Notes: generated from the sequence alone by a model not told the origin. 64,000 nt of DNA from an uncultured Elusimicrobia bacterium (GCA_963702895.1 OY969767.1:2048001-2112000); one strand, 5' to 3'. Positions 31,635 through 42,248 are shown, counted from the stretch's first letter. Numbers and translations: made by a program.

Positions 31635-32556
31635 TCAAGTGTTCCTTGTAGTACCGGGAGAAGCGGTGTGTGCCCTGCCCATCTGAAACAAAAAAAAGCA
31701 TCTCCGTCACCGCCGGATGCGCGGCCGCCTCGAGCGAAGCCAGGCCTGGATTGCAAATCGGCCCAGGAGGAAGTCCAGGATGCCGATACGTATTGTAGGG
31801 AGAATCCACTTGGAGATCTTTGTAGAGGAGACGGGGCTTCCAAGTGCCCAAGGCGTACTCGACCGTCGCACAGGACTCGAGGTACATCCGTTTCTTAAGC
31901 CTGTTGTGGAAAACTCCCGCGATGAGAGCGCGCTCGTCCGGGACACGCGCCTCTTTCTCAATGATCGAGGCGAGCGTCACGAGCTGCTTCGTGGTGAGCT
32001 TGAGCGCTTGGGCCTGCTGAGCAAAGTCTTGGGGCTCATTCTCCTGAAATCGCTCTCGAAGTCGGGTCACCACGCGATGGGCAGGTGTCGCCTGCTCAAA
32101 GAAATAAGTGTCGGGGAAAAGAAAACCTTCCAGTTTCTCGCGCTGCACAATCTCGAGAAATTCTTTAGCGCTTGTGACACCTTTGGACTCGAGGAGCGCT
32201 GCCATTTGCTTGGCCATCCAGCCTTCCGGGAACGTCACGCGAACAAGAGGTGGCCCTTTTTCAAACTGGCGGTAGAAGGCGAGCCCTGACGAACGAGGAG
32301 ACAGCTCATAAATTCCGGGCCGTATCCGATGCGCTCCCAAGAACTTGGCCCAGACCCAAAATGTGGAGGGATGATACAGGAGCCCTTGTTCATAGAGGTC
32401 GCGGGCAATCTCCTGTCCGGAAAGACCCTTGCGAAGCTCAAAAGGAACGACGCCCGCGGAGGTCCCAGGTCGACGTGATAAAGAAAGCGCAAGAAGCAGG
32501 ACCAGCGCAAACGAAAGGCTGAGGAGGAGAACCTTAAATCGACTACCTGGAAACAA
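31615..32556 (-). CDS. mltG: Endolytic transglycosylase MltG (YceG)
   Basis: LEGFLFPDTY, LASIIEKE, SPYNTY...GLPPGPICNPG. Confidence 0.93.
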   Translation of the reverse strand: MFPGSRFKVLLLSLSFALVLLLALSLSRRPGTSAGVVPFELRKGLSGQEIARDLYEQGLLYHPSTFWVWAKFLGAHRIRPGIYELSPRSSGLAFYRQFEKGPPLVRVTFPEGWMAKQMAALLESKGVTSAKEFLEIVQREKLEGFLFPDTYFFEQATPAHRVVTRLRERFQENEPQDFAQQAQALKLTTKQLVTLASIIEKEARVPDERALIAGVFHNRLKKRMYLESCATVEYALGTWKPRLLYKDLQVDSPYNTYRHPGLPPGPICNPGLASLEAAAHPAVTEMLFFVSDGQGTHRFSRYYKEHLNAKKKR

Positions 32557-33301
32557 GAGGGAAGGTGTTGTCCATCGGCGATAGCGGCAGAGGACCGTCC
32601 TGCGCTTGCTCGATGCCCAAGAGCTGAGAGACCGTCACAAAATGGTATCCCTGACGTCGCAAATCAGCGATCACGCGGGGCATCATCGCGATGGTATTGG
32701 GAATTCCAGAATGCATGAGAACGATGCCCCCATCCGAAATATGACGATGGATTTTTCGCTCCATGACGCTGATCGCGGTGCCGTTCACATCCTTCGTCAG
32801 GACCGTCCATAGCACCATGCGATAGCCGGCGGCGGAGGCCGCCTTAAACGTCTTTCGTGAGTAGACACCCCCGGGGGGCCGATAGAGATACGTGTCCTGA
32901 CCGGACAGTTTCTCAATGACGGCCCGAGTCTGCGCCAGCTCATTGAGCATGGCACCGGGTTTGACATGAGAAAGATTGGGGTGGCTGAAGGTGTGATTGG
33001 CGAGTTCATGGCCTTGTCGCGCGATCTCGCGGACGATGTCAGGATAGCGCACGGCCATCTTTCCGACCACAAAAAATGTGGCTGGGACGCCTTCGCGTTT
33101 AAGTACCTCCATGAGGCGCTCGGTCAGGACGGGGTGTGGGCCATCATCAAAGGTCAGGGCAACCCAGGGGCGGCTCGGCATTTCCCCCACCAAGGGTCTT
33201 GGATAGCGATAGCGCAGGGGCTCATGACTGGAATAACTGACAGCCCCGCTCAGCAGGGTGGCAGCTCCGAAAAGGATGGCGTGGTAACGGCGTATAATCA
33301 C
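32543..33301 (-). CDS. Polysaccharide deacetylase (NodB/CE4)
   Basis: LTFDDGP, ATFF, NHTFSHP, YRPPGG, IVLMH. The GTG start at 33301 is inferred and sits 8 nt after TTGTAA-N17-TAGTCT. Confidence 0.88.
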   Translation of the reverse strand: MIIRRYHAILFGAATLLSGAVSYSSHEPLRYRYPRPLVGEMPSRPWVALTFDDGPHPVLTERLMEVLKREGVPATFFVVGKMAVRYPDIVREIARQGHELANHTFSHPNLSHVKPGAMLNELAQTRAVIEKLSGQDTYLYRPPGGVYSRKTFKAASAAGYRMVLWTVLTKDVNGTAISVMERKIHRHISDGGIVLMHSGIPNTIAMMPRVIADLRRQGYHFVTVSQLLGIEQAQDGPLPLSPMDNTFPLVSR

Positions 33302-33332
33302 GACGCTTAAGACTACAGGAAACGGATGCCGA

Positions 33333-34721
33333 TTACAAGTCCAATTCCCGGAGCATATTGAGCATGCCCAGGACGGCCTTGGCGCGGACCGTGTCTCGGG
33401 ATCCTCGAAACTGAACACGCATGCTTCTTGTATAGCCAGGACCAGCCACGGCGAGGAAGACAAGACCCACAGGTTTGCCGGTGGTCCCGCCGGATGGACC
33501 AGCGATCCCCGTAATCGCCGCACCCCAGGTGCTCCCCAAGGACGCCCTCACACCTCTGGCCATGGCAATCGCGGTTTCCTTGGATACCGCACCATGAGTC
33601 CGTAAGGTGGCTTGGGCAACGCCTAAGAGAGACTGCTTGGCGCGGTTGTGATAGGTGACATAGCCACCCAAAAAATACTTGGAACTCCCTGGAACACTGG
33701 TCAGCCGTCCTGCCAAAGTCCCTCCTGTGCAGGATTCCGCGACGGCAAGTGTGGCGCTGCTGGTCACGAACTTATCCATAATGACCTTCTCAAGCGGGAA
33801 ATCGGCGTCCCGGCCGTAAAACGCAGGCCCTGTGCTCTTGCGCACAGAGCGTACGATGCGATCCAGGCGCGCCGCCGCCAGCTGTCGCGTTTTCGCATGG
33901 ACAAATATATCGAGATCGACCAGTCCAGGGTGGGCCAAGATCGTAAAGTCCACACCCGCCTCTTTCTGGATCATGGGGCGGATCTTATGATCAATGACGG
34001 ACTCCGGCACACCGACAAAATGCAAATGCGCTTCTGAATGGGCGCCTCTCTCAAACAGGCGCGCGAGCCTGGGGATCACAAACCGGTCCAACATCGGCTC
34101 CATCTCCGAGGGTGGACCAGGCAGCAAGATCAACAAGGAGGGGATAGGGGACAGAGCACAGGCGACAGGGAACGGCTGAGGCGTGATCGGTGTGACTTCA
34201 AAGAGGCTCTCCCGATCACGTTCCCCTTTCCCCTTTCCCCTTTCCTTTCGGCCTTGAATCCATTGTCCAGGCGCCGTACCCACGGAGTTCGAGATGGCCT
34301 TCGCCCCGTCGAGTAAATAGGCTTGACGCTTGTTGGCGGGAGGCATCTTTCGGTGTCCCGCCCGGCGAAATTTCTTTTTTATCCCCTGAAGCAGGAGGGA
34401 AGACAGAACGAGCGGCCGTCCGGAAGCCTCGGAGGCCGCCTCACGGGTCAGATCATCAAAGGTGGGGCCAAGCCCACCGGTCACGATCACAACTTCATAA
34501 GAAAAGAGAGCTCTGCGAATGCACCGGGTGAGTGACTCGAGATCATCGCCCGCCGTCTGTTCCGAAGAAAGGGTCAGCCCAATCGCCCCCAGGTGACGCG
34601 CGATGATCGAGGCATGGGTGTTGATTTTGCCGCGCAGCAGTTCACTCCCGACGCAAATCAAGCAGAGTTTTGGATTTTGGATTTTGGATTTTGGATTCGT
34701 GATGATCAGCCTCATACTCAC
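33333..34721 (-). CDS. cinA: CinA family (MoCF-binding + NMN deamidase PncC)
   Basis: VGSELLRG, TGGLGPTFDDLTRE, LPGPPSEM, AESCTGG, ITGIAGP. Confidence 0.92.
   Translation of the reverse strand: MSMRLIITNPKSKIQNPKLCLICVGSELLRGKINTHASIIARHLGAIGLTLSSEQTAGDDLESLTRCIRRALFSYEVVIVTGGLGPTFDDLTREAASEASGRPLVLSSLLLQGIKKKFRRAGHRKMPPANKRQAYLLDGAKAISNSVGTAPGQWIQGRKERGKGKGERDRESLFEVTPITPQPFPVACALSPIPSLLILLPGPPSEMEPMLDRFVIPRLARLFERGAHSEAHLHFVGVPESVIDHKIRPMIQKEAGVDFTILAHPGLVDLDIFVHAKTRQLAAARLDRIVRSVRKSTGPAFYGRDADFPLEKVIMDKFVTSSATLAVAESCTGGTLAGRLTSVPGSSKYFLGGYVTYHNRAKQSLLGVAQATLRTHGAVSKETAIAMARGVRASLGSTWGAAITGIAGPSGGTTGKPVGLVFLAVAGPGYTRSMRVQFRGSRDTVRAKAVLGMLNMLRELDL
34668..34697. repeat. Heptamer repeat (TTTTGGA)x4, left flank of four-helix-bundle gene
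   Basis: Direct reading; inverted relative to 35077-35107. Confidence 0.85.
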
Positions 34722-35071
34722 AGTCGTTTCCGGAGCGTTTTCATGGATGCCACTATCATGGCCACAATTTCGTTAGCTTCCTGTAATACAAGAGATACAT
34801 CCGAGACATCCAGGATTTCGGAATCCACAAGAACTTCAAGCCAGAATTGACTCTCGTCCGCCTCTTCTTCGACGATAGCGAGTTTTGCCAGCATGTCGGG
34901 CACTGATTTCGCGCGGCATACAGCCCGATAATTGGCCCCCACAGAACCCGCTGCACGGACCAGTTGGCGGCCGATAACCTGTGCAGCGATCGTCTTGGGT
35001 AGTCTGCCCACAAGTCGCACAATCAATACAGTAAAACGTTTGGTTCGTGCTTTGAACTCTTCTTCGTTCAT
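34718..35071 (-). CDS. Four helix bundle protein (23S rRNA IVP / TIGR02436-like)
   Basis: RTKRF...QLVRAAGSVGANYRA...KLAIVEEEADESQFWLE...EANEI. Confidence 0.9.
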   Translation of the reverse strand: MNEEEFKARTKRFTVLIVRLVGRLPKTIAAQVIGRQLVRAAGSVGANYRAVCRAKSVPDMLAKLAIVEEEADESQFWLEVLVDSEILDVSDVSLVLQEANEIVAMIVASMKTLRKRL

Positions 35072-35076
35072 CTTAA

Positions 35077-35107
35077 CCCAAAATCCAAAAATCTAAAATC
35101 CAAAATC
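35077..35107. repeat. Heptamer repeat (TCCAAAA)-like x4, right flank
   Basis: cccaaaatccaaaaatctaaaatccaaaatc. Confidence 0.85.
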
Positions 35108-35816
35108 ACTGTACCCCGAGATACGCTTGCTTCACCTGCGCGTGGTTCATGAGGTCGCGGGCATTTCCCTCCAGCACGATTTTTCCTGTTTCAAGAACGT
35201 AGGCGCGCTGGGCGACTTCGAGCGCCTTGTACGCATTCTGCTCGACCATCAGAATGGTCATCCCCTGCCGATGGATCTCTTGGATAATCGTAAATATTTT
35301 CTCGACCAGCATGGGGGCCAGGCCCATCGAAGGTTCATCGAGCATCAGGACTTTGGGCCGGGCCATAAGAGCCCGCGCGATCGCGAGCATCTGCTGTTCG
35401 CCCCCGGACAGTGTTGAGCCCGGCTGCTTCTGACGATCACGAAGGATGGGGAAGAGGCTCATCATGCGCTCCTGGTCTCCGACGATGCTGGATCGGTCGC
35501 GACGGAGGTAGGCCCCCATCATGAGGTTTTCCAGAACCGTTAAGCGTGGGAACACCCGTCGCCCCTCCGGCACATAGACGATGCCAAGGGCCGCCACGTG
35601 ATGCGGGGCTTTGCCTTTGATCGACTGGCCTTCAAAAGTGATTTCGCCGCCATCGGGAGGCAGGAGCCCGGCGATGGACTTGAGCAGCGTGCTTTTCCCG
35701 GCGCCGTTGGCGCCAATGAGCGTCACGATTTCCCCGGGGAAAAGCTTGAGGCTCACCCCTTTGAGGGCTTCGATCTGGCGGCCATGCAAGGTGCGCAGGT
35801 CCTGAACTTCAAGCAT
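35106..35816 (-). CDS. livF: Branched-chain amino acid ABC transporter ATPase
   Basis: GANGAGKST, VPEGRRVF, LSGGEQQMLAIARAL, LDEPSMGL. Confidence 0.93.
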   Translation of the reverse strand: MLEVQDLRTLHGRQIEALKGVSLKLFPGEIVTLIGANGAGKSTLLKSIAGLLPPDGGEITFEGQSIKGKAPHHVAALGIVYVPEGRRVFPRLTVLENLMMGAYLRRDRSSIVGDQERMMSLFPILRDRQKQPGSTLSGGEQQMLAIARALMARPKVLMLDEPSMGLAPMLVEKIFTIIQEIHRQGMTILMVEQNAYKALEVAQRAYVLETGKIVLEGNARDLMNHAQVKQAYLGVQ

Positions 35817-36573
35817 GTTGTGTCCCCAAATAAGCTTCGATCACGGCAGGGTTCTTTTGGACTTCCTCGGGCGCATCATCCGCGATCTTTTCCCCATAGT
35901 CGAGCACGACCACACGATGGCAGAGATTCATCACAATGCGCATCTGGTGCTCAATCAAAAGGACCGAAACCCCGCGCTTTTGGATGCGCTCAACCAGGCG
36001 CATGAGCTCCTGGCTTTCGGCGGGGTTCATGCCGGCGGTGGGCTCATCCAAAAGAAGAAGCCGAGGCTCCAGCGCCAGCGCCCGGGCAATCTCGAGCTTC
36101 CGCTGTTCCCCGTAGGGAAGATTTTTCGCCAGGGCGTTACCCCTTTCCAGGAGTCCCACCTCCGCCAGAAGGTCGCGTGCCGAGCGCTGAATCGCTTGTT
36201 CTTCCATGCGAAAAGAAGAGCTGAGCAAGATGGCGCTCAAAAAGTCCGACCGAGTTCGACAGTGACGGGCCACCATCACATTTTCCATCGCGGTCATGTT
36301 CGTAAAAAGCCGGATGTTTTGAAAGGTCCTGGCAATTCCGAGGGCTGAAATCTGGTGCGGCTCAAGGCCATCAATGCGTTGATCACGAAAGAGAATCTCT
36401 CCTTTGTCTGGCTTGTAGAGCCCGCTCAGGACATTAAAGAAAGTCGTCTTTCCCGCCCCATTGGGCCCAATGAGTCCCAGGATTTCGCCCTCTTTGATGG
36501 AAAGATCAATGTGATCCAGGGCAGCGATCCCACCAAAGACCTTCGAGATCGATAAAGCCTCTAAAAAACTCAT
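35809..36573 (-). CDS. livG: Branched-chain amino acid ABC transporter ATPase
   Basis: GPNGAGKTT, RTFQNIRLF, LPYGEQRKLEIARAL. Start moved to ATG 36573. Confidence 0.93.
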   Translation of the reverse strand: MSFLEALSISKVFGGIAALDHIDLSIKEGEILGLIGPNGAGKTTFFNVLSGLYKPDKGEILFRDQRIDGLEPHQISALGIARTFQNIRLFTNMTAMENVMVARHCRTRSDFLSAILLSSSFRMEEQAIQRSARDLLAEVGLLERGNALAKNLPYGEQRKLEIARALALEPRLLLLDEPTAGMNPAESQELMRLVERIQKRGVSVLLIEHQMRIVMNLCHRVVVLDYGEKIADDAPEEVQKNPAVIEAYLGTQHA

Positions 36574-36655
36574 AAACGGTTCGTCCGACGTTCTACGTCC
36601 GACGTCAAACAGGCTGATCTGCCTTGGACCTCGGACGTCGGACGCCGGACGGCAG

Positions 36656-37723
36656 TCATTTTCTTTCCTCGTCGTAGAGCGTTTCGTGGTCGGCCTCCTC
36701 ATTCGACTCGTGGGGCGTGAGCTCAAGGGTCCTTCGCTTGCTGGGCCAGAGCCCTTGCGGCCGATAAATCGCCATCAGGATGAGCGACAGCCCAAAGAGA
36801 AGATAGCGGGTGTTGGCAAACGAGCTTCCCAAAACGCTACGGAGAATTTCAGGCACAAGCACAATACAGAGGGCTCCCAGGATGACACCTGGGACGCTCC
36901 CCATTCCCCCCAGCACCACCGCGCACACCAGGAGCACCGACTCCCAAAATGTGAAGGACTCGGGGGTCACAAAACCTTCCCAGTGAACAAAGATCGCGCC
37001 CGCCAAGCCCGCGAAGGCGGCAGAGAGGCCAAACGCCACCACTTTCTGCCGGGTCACTTCCACCCCCATGAGTTCTGCGGCCACTTCGTCCTCGCGAATG
37101 GCCACCCAGGCCCGCCCGACACGCGAGTGCTTGAGACGTTGCGAGACCCACACCGCGGCCAGCACACACGCAAGGATCAGATAATAGTAATGAAGGTTCG
37201 TGGAGAGGGTGATCCCGAGCACGGACGCCGGTGGGATCGATTCCCCGACGCGTGGAAGTCCCTTCGGACCGTTGGTGAGCGTATCCCAGTTTGAAACGAC
37301 GAGGCGTACCACCTCTCCGAAACCAAGCGTCACGATCGCCAAGTAATCACCGCGCAGACGAAGCGCGGGAAATCCCATCAGGACTCGGACCAAACACGCC
37401 ACCAGGACCGCGGCAAGAACGCAGAGCACAAACGGAACATGGTGAATGGAAAGGACCGCCGCCGTATAAGCGCCAATGGCATAGAAGGCCATAAAGCCAA
37501 GGTCCAGGAGTCCAACAAACCCAATCACAACATTGAGCCCCAGCGCCAGGAGCATATAGAGGCCTGCGATCCCGGCAAGGCGAATCGAGAACGCGGCAGA
37601 GGTCGACTGCAGAACGTAAGGAAGGAAAACGAGAAGCACGAGTCCCGCCGCCCACAACAGGAGCCTGGCCGACTTAGAACCCATGGCGACGGTGGGTCTG
37701 GAAAGGAATTCTCGCCATATCAA
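36656..37723 (-). CDS. livM: Branched-chain amino acid ABC transporter permease
   Basis: GLLDLGFMAFYAIGAY, LRLRGDYLAIVTLGFGE, GRAWVAIREDE. Confidence 0.93.
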   Translation of the reverse strand: MIWREFLSRPTVAMGSKSARLLLWAAGLVLLVFLPYVLQSTSAAFSIRLAGIAGLYMLLALGLNVVIGFVGLLDLGFMAFYAIGAYTAAVLSIHHVPFVLCVLAAVLVACLVRVLMGFPALRLRGDYLAIVTLGFGEVVRLVVSNWDTLTNGPKGLPRVGESIPPASVLGITLSTNLHYYYLILACVLAAVWVSQRLKHSRVGRAWVAIREDEVAAELMGVEVTRQKVVAFGLSAAFAGLAGAIFVHWEGFVTPESFTFWESVLLVCAVVLGGMGSVPGVILGALCIVLVPEILRSVLGSSFANTRYLLFGLSLILMAIYRPQGLWPSKRRTLELTPHESNEEADHETLYDEERK

Positions 37724-38616
37724 ACCTTATCCGGAACGTGTTTTCCGAAGAGGCCGTCTGGCCGGAAGAGCAGGATAAAAAGAAGGACCACGAACGCGAT
37801 CACATCTTTCCAGTCGGAACCGTTGGGGATGAAGCCGGCGACCAAGGCTTCCAGGACGCCTAAGATGATCCCGCCCCACATCGCTCCAGGGATGTTGCCA
37901 ATCCCTCCCAAAACAGCCGCTGTAAAGGCCTTGGTGCCTGGAACAAAACCCATGTTGTACTTGATGGAGCCGTAATACATGCCGTTCAAGGCCCCCGCGA
38001 CGCCCCCCAGGGCGCCTCCAATAAAAAAAGTGATCGCGATGATCGCGTTGACCGGAATGCCCATCAGGGAGGCTGTCGCCGGGTCCTGGGCGGTCGCGCG
38101 GATGGCCGTGCCTAAACGCGTTCGGTTCACGAAGAAATGCAGCGCGAGCATGAGGGCGAGTGAGACGCCGAGGATCAACAGCTGAAGGGTGTTGATTTGC
38201 GCGCCCATAAACTCCAGATGTCTCACCTCAAAGGCTTGGGGATACGCCAAGGATTGATCCGAGACCCATAAAAAAACAGCGTTCTGCAAGAGGATGGAGA
38301 CGCCAATCGCGGAGATCAAAGGGGTAAGCCGTGCCGCGCGTCTGAGCGGCCGGTAGGCGATGCGCTCGATCAGGAGGGCCAAGAGTGCGCAGACAACAAA
38401 GGAGAGAACGATCCCCGCCAGAAAGGCCTCCACCGGAGGCATGAACGCGCTGAATCGGCTGTAGCTGAGAAGACTGACCACCGCTCCGCACATGAAAATC
38501 TCGGAATGAGCGAAATTGATCATGAGGAGCACACCATAGACCATGGTATAGCCTAGGGCAATCAGCGCGTAGAGCGAACCGAGCGTGAGACCGTTCACCA
38601 GTTGTTGAAGGATCAT
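37720..38616 (-). CDS. livH: Branched-chain amino acid ABC transporter permease
   Basis: QQLVNGLTLGSLYALIALGYTMVYG...INFAH, KAFTAAVLGGIG. Start moved to ATG 38616. Confidence 0.93.
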   Translation of the reverse strand: MILQQLVNGLTLGSLYALIALGYTMVYGVLLMINFAHSEIFMCGAVVSLLSYSRFSAFMPPVEAFLAGIVLSFVVCALLALLIERIAYRPLRRAARLTPLISAIGVSILLQNAVFLWVSDQSLAYPQAFEVRHLEFMGAQINTLQLLILGVSLALMLALHFFVNRTRLGTAIRATAQDPATASLMGIPVNAIIAITFFIGGALGGVAGALNGMYYGSIKYNMGFVPGTKAFTAAVLGGIGNIPGAMWGGIILGVLEALVAGFIPNGSDWKDVIAFVVLLFILLFRPDGLFGKHVPDKV

Positions 38617-38710
38617 GGTTCGGCGACGCTCACCATGACCTGGTTCGACAAGCTCACCACCCTGAGCATCGTCGAAGGGCTGAGCGAGCACGCTATGCGT
38701 GTCGAACGGG
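38617..38710. repeat. REP-like element (TTCGACAAGCTCA / CTGAGC..GTCGAA family)
   Basis: ggttcgacaagctcacc...ctgagcatcgtcgaaggg between livK and livH. Confidence 0.6.
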
Positions 38711-39865
38711 TCACTTCAGCGGGACAAACTTCCCGTTTTGAACCTGGAAGATGGTGATCGTTTTGTTGAGAGTATCGCCCTTCCGATCAAATTGTGTTAC
38801 CCCCAGAACACCCTCATGCTTGATATGGGGAAGGGCCGTCAGGATTTTCTCCCGGTCTGGTCCTTCCTGACGGATGAGATCCAGAACAATGCTCATGGCT
38901 TCGTACCCCCAGTGGTCATAGGCTTTGAGCTCATCATCGGGGTAGCGCGCCTGATAGCGCTTCACAAAGTCGCGGGCGGAGGCCAGCTCCGAAGCCGGCG
39001 CTCCAAGAAAGGTGATGAAAGTTCCTTCCGCGCTGGACCCTGCGACACGGAGATATTCGGGGTCGAGGTTCGCCTCCGAAAGGATGACCGGAACCCGAAG
39101 GCCCGCGCCGCGAGCCTGGCGGACAACAAGACCTCCCCCCGCGTAATCACCTCCCCAGTAAAGGAGTTGGGGACGCTCGTTCTGGATCCTGGTCAGAAGG
39201 GCATTGAAATCCTTGTCTGCGACACTCACACCATCGAAAGAAAGGGCTTGCCCGCCGAGCGCTTCAAGGCGTTTCTTGAATTCCTCCGCTACACCTTGGC
39301 CGTAGGCCGTCTTATCATGAATGATAGCGACTCGCTTGGCTTTGATCGTCTTGATGGCATAGTCGGCCGCGAAGGGGCCTTGGACATCATCGGTCGTGTT
39401 GACACGGAAGATGTTGCGAGGATATTTCCAGTCGGGCTCCAGTTGTTGGAGCGTCAGTTTGGGATTCGAAGCGGCTGGCGAAATCATGGGCATTCGCGCC
39501 CGCGCGTAAACCTGTGAGGCGGGGATGGAACAGCCGGAGTTAAAGTGGCCAACGACCGCCACGATGGAGGGATCGGACACGATGCGGTTCGCGACGCTGA
39601 CCGCCTCTCTCGGGTCGCTCCGGTCATCAAAGACCTTGGCCTCGACTTGATAGCCCTTGAAGTGACCCTGTGCATGGGCTTCTTCAAGCGCCAGGAGACA
39701 GGCCCGTCGCAGGCCCTGTCCGAGAGCGGCGATATCCCCCGTGACGGGAATGGCGACCGCAACTCTTGCGACTTTCTCTTTTGGCGCGCAACCGCTCAGC
39801 AGAAAGGTCCAAGCGATAAGCGTCAGCCGAGGAAACACCAGCTTGGTTCTGGACCGGGTCGCCAC
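38711..39865 (-). CDS. livK: Branched-chain amino acid ABC transporter substrate-binding lipoprotein
   Basis: Lipobox LSGC; DDRSDP, VVGHFNSGCSIPAS, HDKTAYGQG. Confidence 0.9.
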   Translation of the reverse strand: MATRSRTKLVFPRLTLIAWTFLLSGCAPKEKVARVAVAIPVTGDIAALGQGLRRACLLALEEAHAQGHFKGYQVEAKVFDDRSDPREAVSVANRIVSDPSIVAVVGHFNSGCSIPASQVYARARMPMISPAASNPKLTLQQLEPDWKYPRNIFRVNTTDDVQGPFAADYAIKTIKAKRVAIIHDKTAYGQGVAEEFKKRLEALGGQALSFDGVSVADKDFNALLTRIQNERPQLLYWGGDYAGGGLVVRQARGAGLRVPVILSEANLDPEYLRVAGSSAEGTFITFLGAPASELASARDFVKRYQARYPDDELKAYDHWGYEAMSIVLDLIRQEGPDREKILTALPHIKHEGVLGVTQFDRKGDTLNKTITIFQVQNGKFVPLK

Positions 39866-40941
39866 TACAGCCCGATCGCTTTCAGGACAGCCGACTTCTC
39901 TGGCGGAATGGGGGCCGTCACCTTCATGATCTGGGTCGCCGTATCGGGATCCTTCAAGCCATGGCCCGTCAGGGTACAGACGATGATCTGACCTTCCTTG
40001 AGCAGCCCCTTTTGGGCCTGCTTGATCAATCCGGCGATCGAAGCGGCGCTGGCCGGCTCGGCGAAAATTCCTTCCTGGCTCGCCAGATACCGATAAGCCT
40101 CCAGTATCTCCTCATCGGTGACCTCGTCCACGAGGCCGCCGGACTCTTCGATCGCCATCGTCGCAAGTTTCCACGAGGCCGGATTGCCAACCCGAATAGC
40201 GGTTGCCAGGGTCTCGGGTTTTTCGATGGCATGGCCGCGCACCAGAGGCGCGGCGCCAGAGGCCTGAAATCCCCACATGCGAGGCACGCGCGTGCAGCGG
40301 CCGTGGGCTTTGTATTCCTGATAGCCTTTCCAGTAAGCCGAAATGTTGCCCGCGTTGCCGACGGGTATACAGTGAAGATCAGGCGAGTCTCCCAGGACGT
40401 CGACAATCTCAAAGGCCGCTGTTTTTTGGCCTTCGAGACGATCGGGATTTAAGGAGTTCACAAGCGTAATGGGATGGGACTGACAAACCTCGCGCGCCAG
40501 GCGCAGGGCGACGTCGAAATTTCCTGAGATCTGAATGACCCGGGCCCCGTGGATGAGCGCCTGGGCGAGTTTCCCCAGCGCGATTTTCCCGTCCGGAATG
40601 AGTACCGCGCAATGGAGGCCGCCTCGCACGGCGTAGGCCGCCGCGGACGCTGAGGTGTTGCCCGTGGAGGCGCAAAGGACAGCCTTCGCACCTCTTTCGA
40701 TGGCCTTCGAAACCGCGACGGTCATGCCCCGATCCTTAAAAGAGGCCGTGGGGTTTAATCCTTCATATTTGAAGTAGATCTGGACTTTGACCCCCAGACG
40801 ATCCGCAAGATACTTCGCCGGGATTAAGGGCGTGTCACCTTCCAGGAGCGTGATGACGGGCGTGCTGGGCGTGACGGGAAGGAAGGAACGGTAATGCTCG
40901 ATGACGCCGTAATGGGCGCGGCCCGTGGCGGATGATTTCAC
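39865..40941 (-). CDS. thrC: Threonine synthase
   Basis: [38 protein letters not shown]. Confidence 0.96.
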   Translation of the reverse strand: MKSSATGRAHYGVIEHYRSFLPVTPSTPVITLLEGDTPLIPAKYLADRLGVKVQIYFKYEGLNPTASFKDRGMTVAVSKAIERGAKAVLCASTGNTSASAAAYAVRGGLHCAVLIPDGKIALGKLAQALIHGARVIQISGNFDVALRLAREVCQSHPITLVNSLNPDRLEGQKTAAFEIVDVLGDSPDLHCIPVGNAGNISAYWKGYQEYKAHGRCTRVPRMWGFQASGAAPLVRGHAIEKPETLATAIRVGNPASWKLATMAIEESGGLVDEVTDEEILEAYRYLASQEGIFAEPASAASIAGLIKQAQKGLLKEGQIIVCTLTGHGLKDPDTATQIMKVTAPIPPEKSAVLKAIGL

Positions 40942-42248
40942 TCTTCGATCCTGTAGAGCACGGTGCGCGCGCGGATATAGGACTTCCCGCCGATTTCCTT
41001 GAGCGCCCGTTCCATGACGGACTCGGCCACCGGATGGGTCAAAATCATAATGGGCACGCCTTTAATGTTTTTAAAACCGTGTTCCGGCTGATAGACGCCC
41101 GAAATCGACACGCCGAGCTTGCTCAAGATGCCGGAGATGCTGGCGAGCACCCCGGGGTGGTCCGAAACGGTGAAGCGCAAGTAAAATCGCGAAATCATCG
41201 CCTCTTTGGGCACCGCGCTCAAGTGCCGCCGGAAATCGCCTGAAATATAGGGGAGGCGGCCAGCCGTTCCCGCGGCGACTTGGCGGGCCAGGCACGCGAT
41301 ATCCGATACGATGGCGGAGGCCGCCGCCATTTGCCCGGCCCCTTTGCCGTAGAGCATGACATCCCCCACGGCATCGCCGTGAATCTCAATCGCGTTATAC
41401 TCGTTTTGGACATTCGCGAAAGGATGATTTTCGGGGATGAGCGTCGGATGAACGCGGACCTCAACGGAATTCTCCGAGAGTCTTGCGATTCCCAGCAGCT
41501 TGATCACATAGCCAAACTCACGGCGCACAAAACTCATGTCCCTGGGATCAACACGGGTGATCCCCTCCGTCACCACATCCCCCAGTCTCACCCAAGTCCC
41601 CGATGCAATGGAAGCAAGGATCGCGATTTTATGGGCGGCATCAACCCCTTCGACATCAAAAGTCGGATCGGCTTCCGCAAAACCCGCTTTCTGAGCTTCC
41701 TTAAGCGCCGCGAGGTAGCTGAAACCTGCCTGGCTCATGCGGGTGAGGACGTAATTGGTCGTGCCGTTCAAAATCCCCGTGATTTTAGAGATGCGGTTGC
41801 CAGCCAGGCCCTCGTTTAAAGCCTGGATGACCGGAATGCCTCCTCCGACAGAAGCCTCAAAATAGACCAGGCGCCGGTACATGCGGGTGTGCTCAAAGAC
41901 ATCCCCCCAATACTTGGCGAGCAGGGCCTTGTTGGCGGTCACCACGTGTTTGCCGGCACGGAGTGCTTTGAGGACCAAGGTGCGTGCCGGCTCATAGCCG
42001 CCAATGAGCTCGATAAAGATATCGATGTCGGGGTGGAGGATGACATCGTCCGCCTTGCGGGTGAAGATATTGTCCAGGCCTAATTTCCGGACCTCGGCCT
42101 TTGGCGTGCGTTTATCGCAAACCAAGGAAAGAATCACAGGCGCACCCACTTTAGCTTCAATCAGCGCGCGGCTTTTCTGAAGCATCTGAACGACGCCCGT
42201 CCCCACCGTCCCCAGCCCCACCAGGCCTAATCGTACGGGGTGTTTCAT
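40938..42248 (-). CDS. hom: Homoserine dehydrogenase (with ACT domain)
   Basis: [37 protein letters not shown]. Confidence 0.96.
   Translation of the reverse strand: MKHPVRLGLVGLGTVGTGVVQMLQKSRALIEAKVGAPVILSLVCDKRTPKAEVRKLGLDNIFTRKADDVILHPDIDIFIELIGGYEPARTLVLKALRAGKHVVTANKALLAKYWGDVFEHTRMYRRLVYFEASVGGGIPVIQALNEGLAGNRISKITGILNGTTNYVLTRMSQAGFSYLAALKEAQKAGFAEADPTFDVEGVDAAHKIAILASIASGTWVRLGDVVTEGITRVDPRDMSFVRREFGYVIKLLGIARLSENSVEVRVHPTLIPENHPFANVQNEYNAIEIHGDAVGDVMLYGKGAGQMAAASAIVSDIACLARQVAAGTAGRLPYISGDFRRHLSAVPKEAMISRFYLRFTVSDHPGVLASISGILSKLGVSISGVYQPEHGFKNIKGVPIMILTHPVAESVMERALKEIGGKSYIRARTVLYRIEE

Noticed and set aside
34718..35071. Diversity-generating retroelement (Avd-like gene, variant repeats elsewhere)
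   Set aside because: There is no reverse transcriptase in the window, and I could not identify a TR/VR pair with adenine-specific differences.
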